Below are positions 18,446 to 20,000 of a DNA stretch of 20,000 nucleotides, piece after piece. The stretch is from the sequence record SRR20825010_2136; one strand, 5' to 3'. Each line of letters begins with the position of its first letter. Position 1 is the first letter of the stretch. A program made the position numbers and the translations under genes. The notes below the pieces were generated by a model. That model was not told the DNA's origin. It saw only the letters and a program-made list of their open reading frames with translations, and searched no databases.

Positions 18446-19759
18446 TTATTTTCCTTGAATCTGCTTAGCAACCGCTTGAACTTCATCTAAAACACGAAGT
18501 AAGTTTCCGCTCCAAAGCATTCCGATTTGCTCTTCGGTATAGCCTCTGCGCACTAATTCCAATGTTACATTGAAGGTCTCAGAAGCATCGTTCCAGCCTT
18601 CAACTCCCCCACCACCATCAAAATCAGAACTAATTCCAACGTGCTCTAAACCAATTTTATTTACCAAGTAGTCAATGTGGTCAACAAAGTCAACCACATC
18701 TACAGGTGGAGCTTCAGCGTTTATGGCTTCCGTTATTTCAGCGCTATGCTTTTCTTGAAAAGCTCTGTACGACTCCATATAATCAGATCTAGCGTCACCA
18801 GTCATTGCTCTAAACATACCTCCTGGCTTTATCTCAAAGTTCTCTCTTTCTGCTATTCTTGCGTTCACTTCATTAGACTTCTGTCTATTCGCACTGTTTT
18901 TATCAGTGTTTAAGTAACTTCTAAACGCTACAGTTTGAACGACACCCCCATTTTCTTTCAGCATCATTAATTGCTCATCGTCAAGGTTACGACTTACATC
19001 ATTCATCGCTCTTGCAGATGAATGCGAAGCAATTACTGGTGCTTTTGAAAGCTTCATCGTTTCCATATTGGCCACCTTTGAAGGGTGCGAAAGGTCAATC
19101 ATAATTCCCCACTTATTCATTTCAGCGATTACCTCACGGCCTAAATCGCTCAAACCATTGTGCAACCAAACGCTATCGCGCTCACCTGTATTAGAGTCGC
19201 TCAATTGGCTGTGACCGTTATGCGATAATGACATATAACGAGCACCTCTGTCATGGAATTCTTTCACTCTAGAAATGTCGGTACCAACTGGGTAACCGTT
19301 TTCTATACCAATCATGGCTACTTTTCTTCCAGAAGCAACTATGCTTCTTACATCGTCTGAAGTAAGCGCCAAACCAATTTTATCTGGTGCAATTTCTTCT
19401 GTCAGTCTGTGAATGGCCTTAAACTTGTCATCGGCATTCGCATAAGCCTTAGCATAACCTTCTTCCGTTAGGTCACCTTGGCCAGTATAAACGATCATCC
19501 AAGAGACATCTAAGCCCCCTTCTTCCATTTTAGGAATGTTCACTTGTGTGGAAAGGCGTTGGGTATAATTTCTTTCCGCAGTAAAGTTCGAAGTATTGAT
19601 ATCATCGTGCGTATCAAGGGTAATCACACGCTCGTGAATTCCTCTCGCATATTCGGTTAGTTCGGCTTCGGTCATATCTCCTACCTCTTTTTGTTTAGGC
19701 TCACACGCAACGAGTACAAAAAATGCTGCGAGAACCAGTGCTTTGAATTGTGTTTTCAT
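18446..19759 (-). CDS. Membrane dipeptidase (peptidase M19, amidohydrolase fold), lipoprotein
   Basis: Lipobox LVAC; LDTHDD, IGIENG, IDLSH, ASHS, DHIDY and GISSDFDG motifs. Confidence 0.94.
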   Translation of the reverse strand: MKTQFKALVLAAFFVLVACEPKQKEVGDMTEAELTEYARGIHERVITLDTHDDINTSNFTAERNYTQRLSTQVNIPKMEEGGLDVSWMIVYTGQGDLTEEGYAKAYANADDKFKAIHRLTEEIAPDKIGLALTSDDVRSIVASGRKVAMIGIENGYPVGTDISRVKEFHDRGARYMSLSHNGHSQLSDSNTGERDSVWLHNGLSDLGREVIAEMNKWGIMIDLSHPSKVANMETMKLSKAPVIASHSSARAMNDVSRNLDDEQLMMLKENGGVVQTVAFRSYLNTDKNSANRQKSNEVNARIAERENFEIKPGGMFRAMTGDARSDYMESYRAFQEKHSAEITEAINAEAPPVDVVDFVDHIDYLVNKIGLEHVGISSDFDGGGGVEGWNDASETFNVTLELVRRGYTEEQIGMLWSGNLLRVLDEVQAVAKQIQGK

Positions 19760-19852
19760 AGTAAATTTTTAGGTCTTTGGGTAAATTAGAGGTTTTATTA
19801 ACTCCTAAGAACTAAAATGATTTGAGTGGCAGAAATTAACCTCAGAAGCTTC

Positions 19853-19943
19853 CTAGTTCGCACTTGTAGTGCGGACTGATCTTATCTTTAATGATGCAAG
19901 CAAGTGCATAAAAAGATAGGCACTCACTGCAATTGGGCACCAG
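19853..19943. repeat. Inverted pair of REP-like hairpins with palindromic spacer (REPIN-like)
   Basis: + strand CTAGTTCGCAC-TTGTA-GTGCGGACT (19853-19877); - strand CTGGTGCCCAA-TTGCA-GTGAGTGCC (19943-19919); 16/25 identical by hand alignment. Spacer has TATCTTT/AAAGATA and ATGCA/TGCAT inverted pairs. Confidence 0.55.
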
Positions 19944-20000
19944 TTAGGTTTTTCAAGATAGTTTGGTCGTAGCGAGACCCTTAAATCCGCAAGTCGTTAA

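Noticed and set aside
15218-18913. Short ORFs at 15218, 17468 and 18677
   Set aside because: Antisense shadows of the regulator, kinase and dipeptidase.
1-20000. CRISPR array, tRNA/rRNA, transposase, integrase or defence genes
   Set aside because: No regularly spaced repeats, cloverleaf or such protein motifs were seen; nearly all sequence is explained by the listed CDSs.

Overview
AT-rich bacterial DNA with Bacteroidota-type gene content (probably Cytophagales/Flavobacteriales; inference). From left to right: a split B12-dependent methionine synthase (Hcy-binding gene plus a pterin/cobalamin gene running off the left edge) under a SAM-I riboswitch; a short Ppx/GppA phosphatase; a secreted Spy/CpxP-like protein with a likely ECF promoter; a SemiSWEET transporter; four tandem ~800-aa MacB/FtsX-type ABC permeases with no ATPase, adaptor or TolC gene; a divergent sigma54-dependent (NtrC-family) regulator, an unknown secreted 156-aa protein and a histidine kinase; and an M19 dipeptidase lipoprotein flanked by REP-like palindromes. 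Most interesting: (1) the riboswitch appears to have a three-strand expression platform that would hide the start codon, with no terminator or Shine-Dalgarno; (2) the permease-only array has a readable enhancer/sigma54 promoter layout and a sensor-poor kinase coupled to an unknown secreted protein; (3) a REPIN-like element near the right edge. All calls were made by eye; no searches or folding were run.
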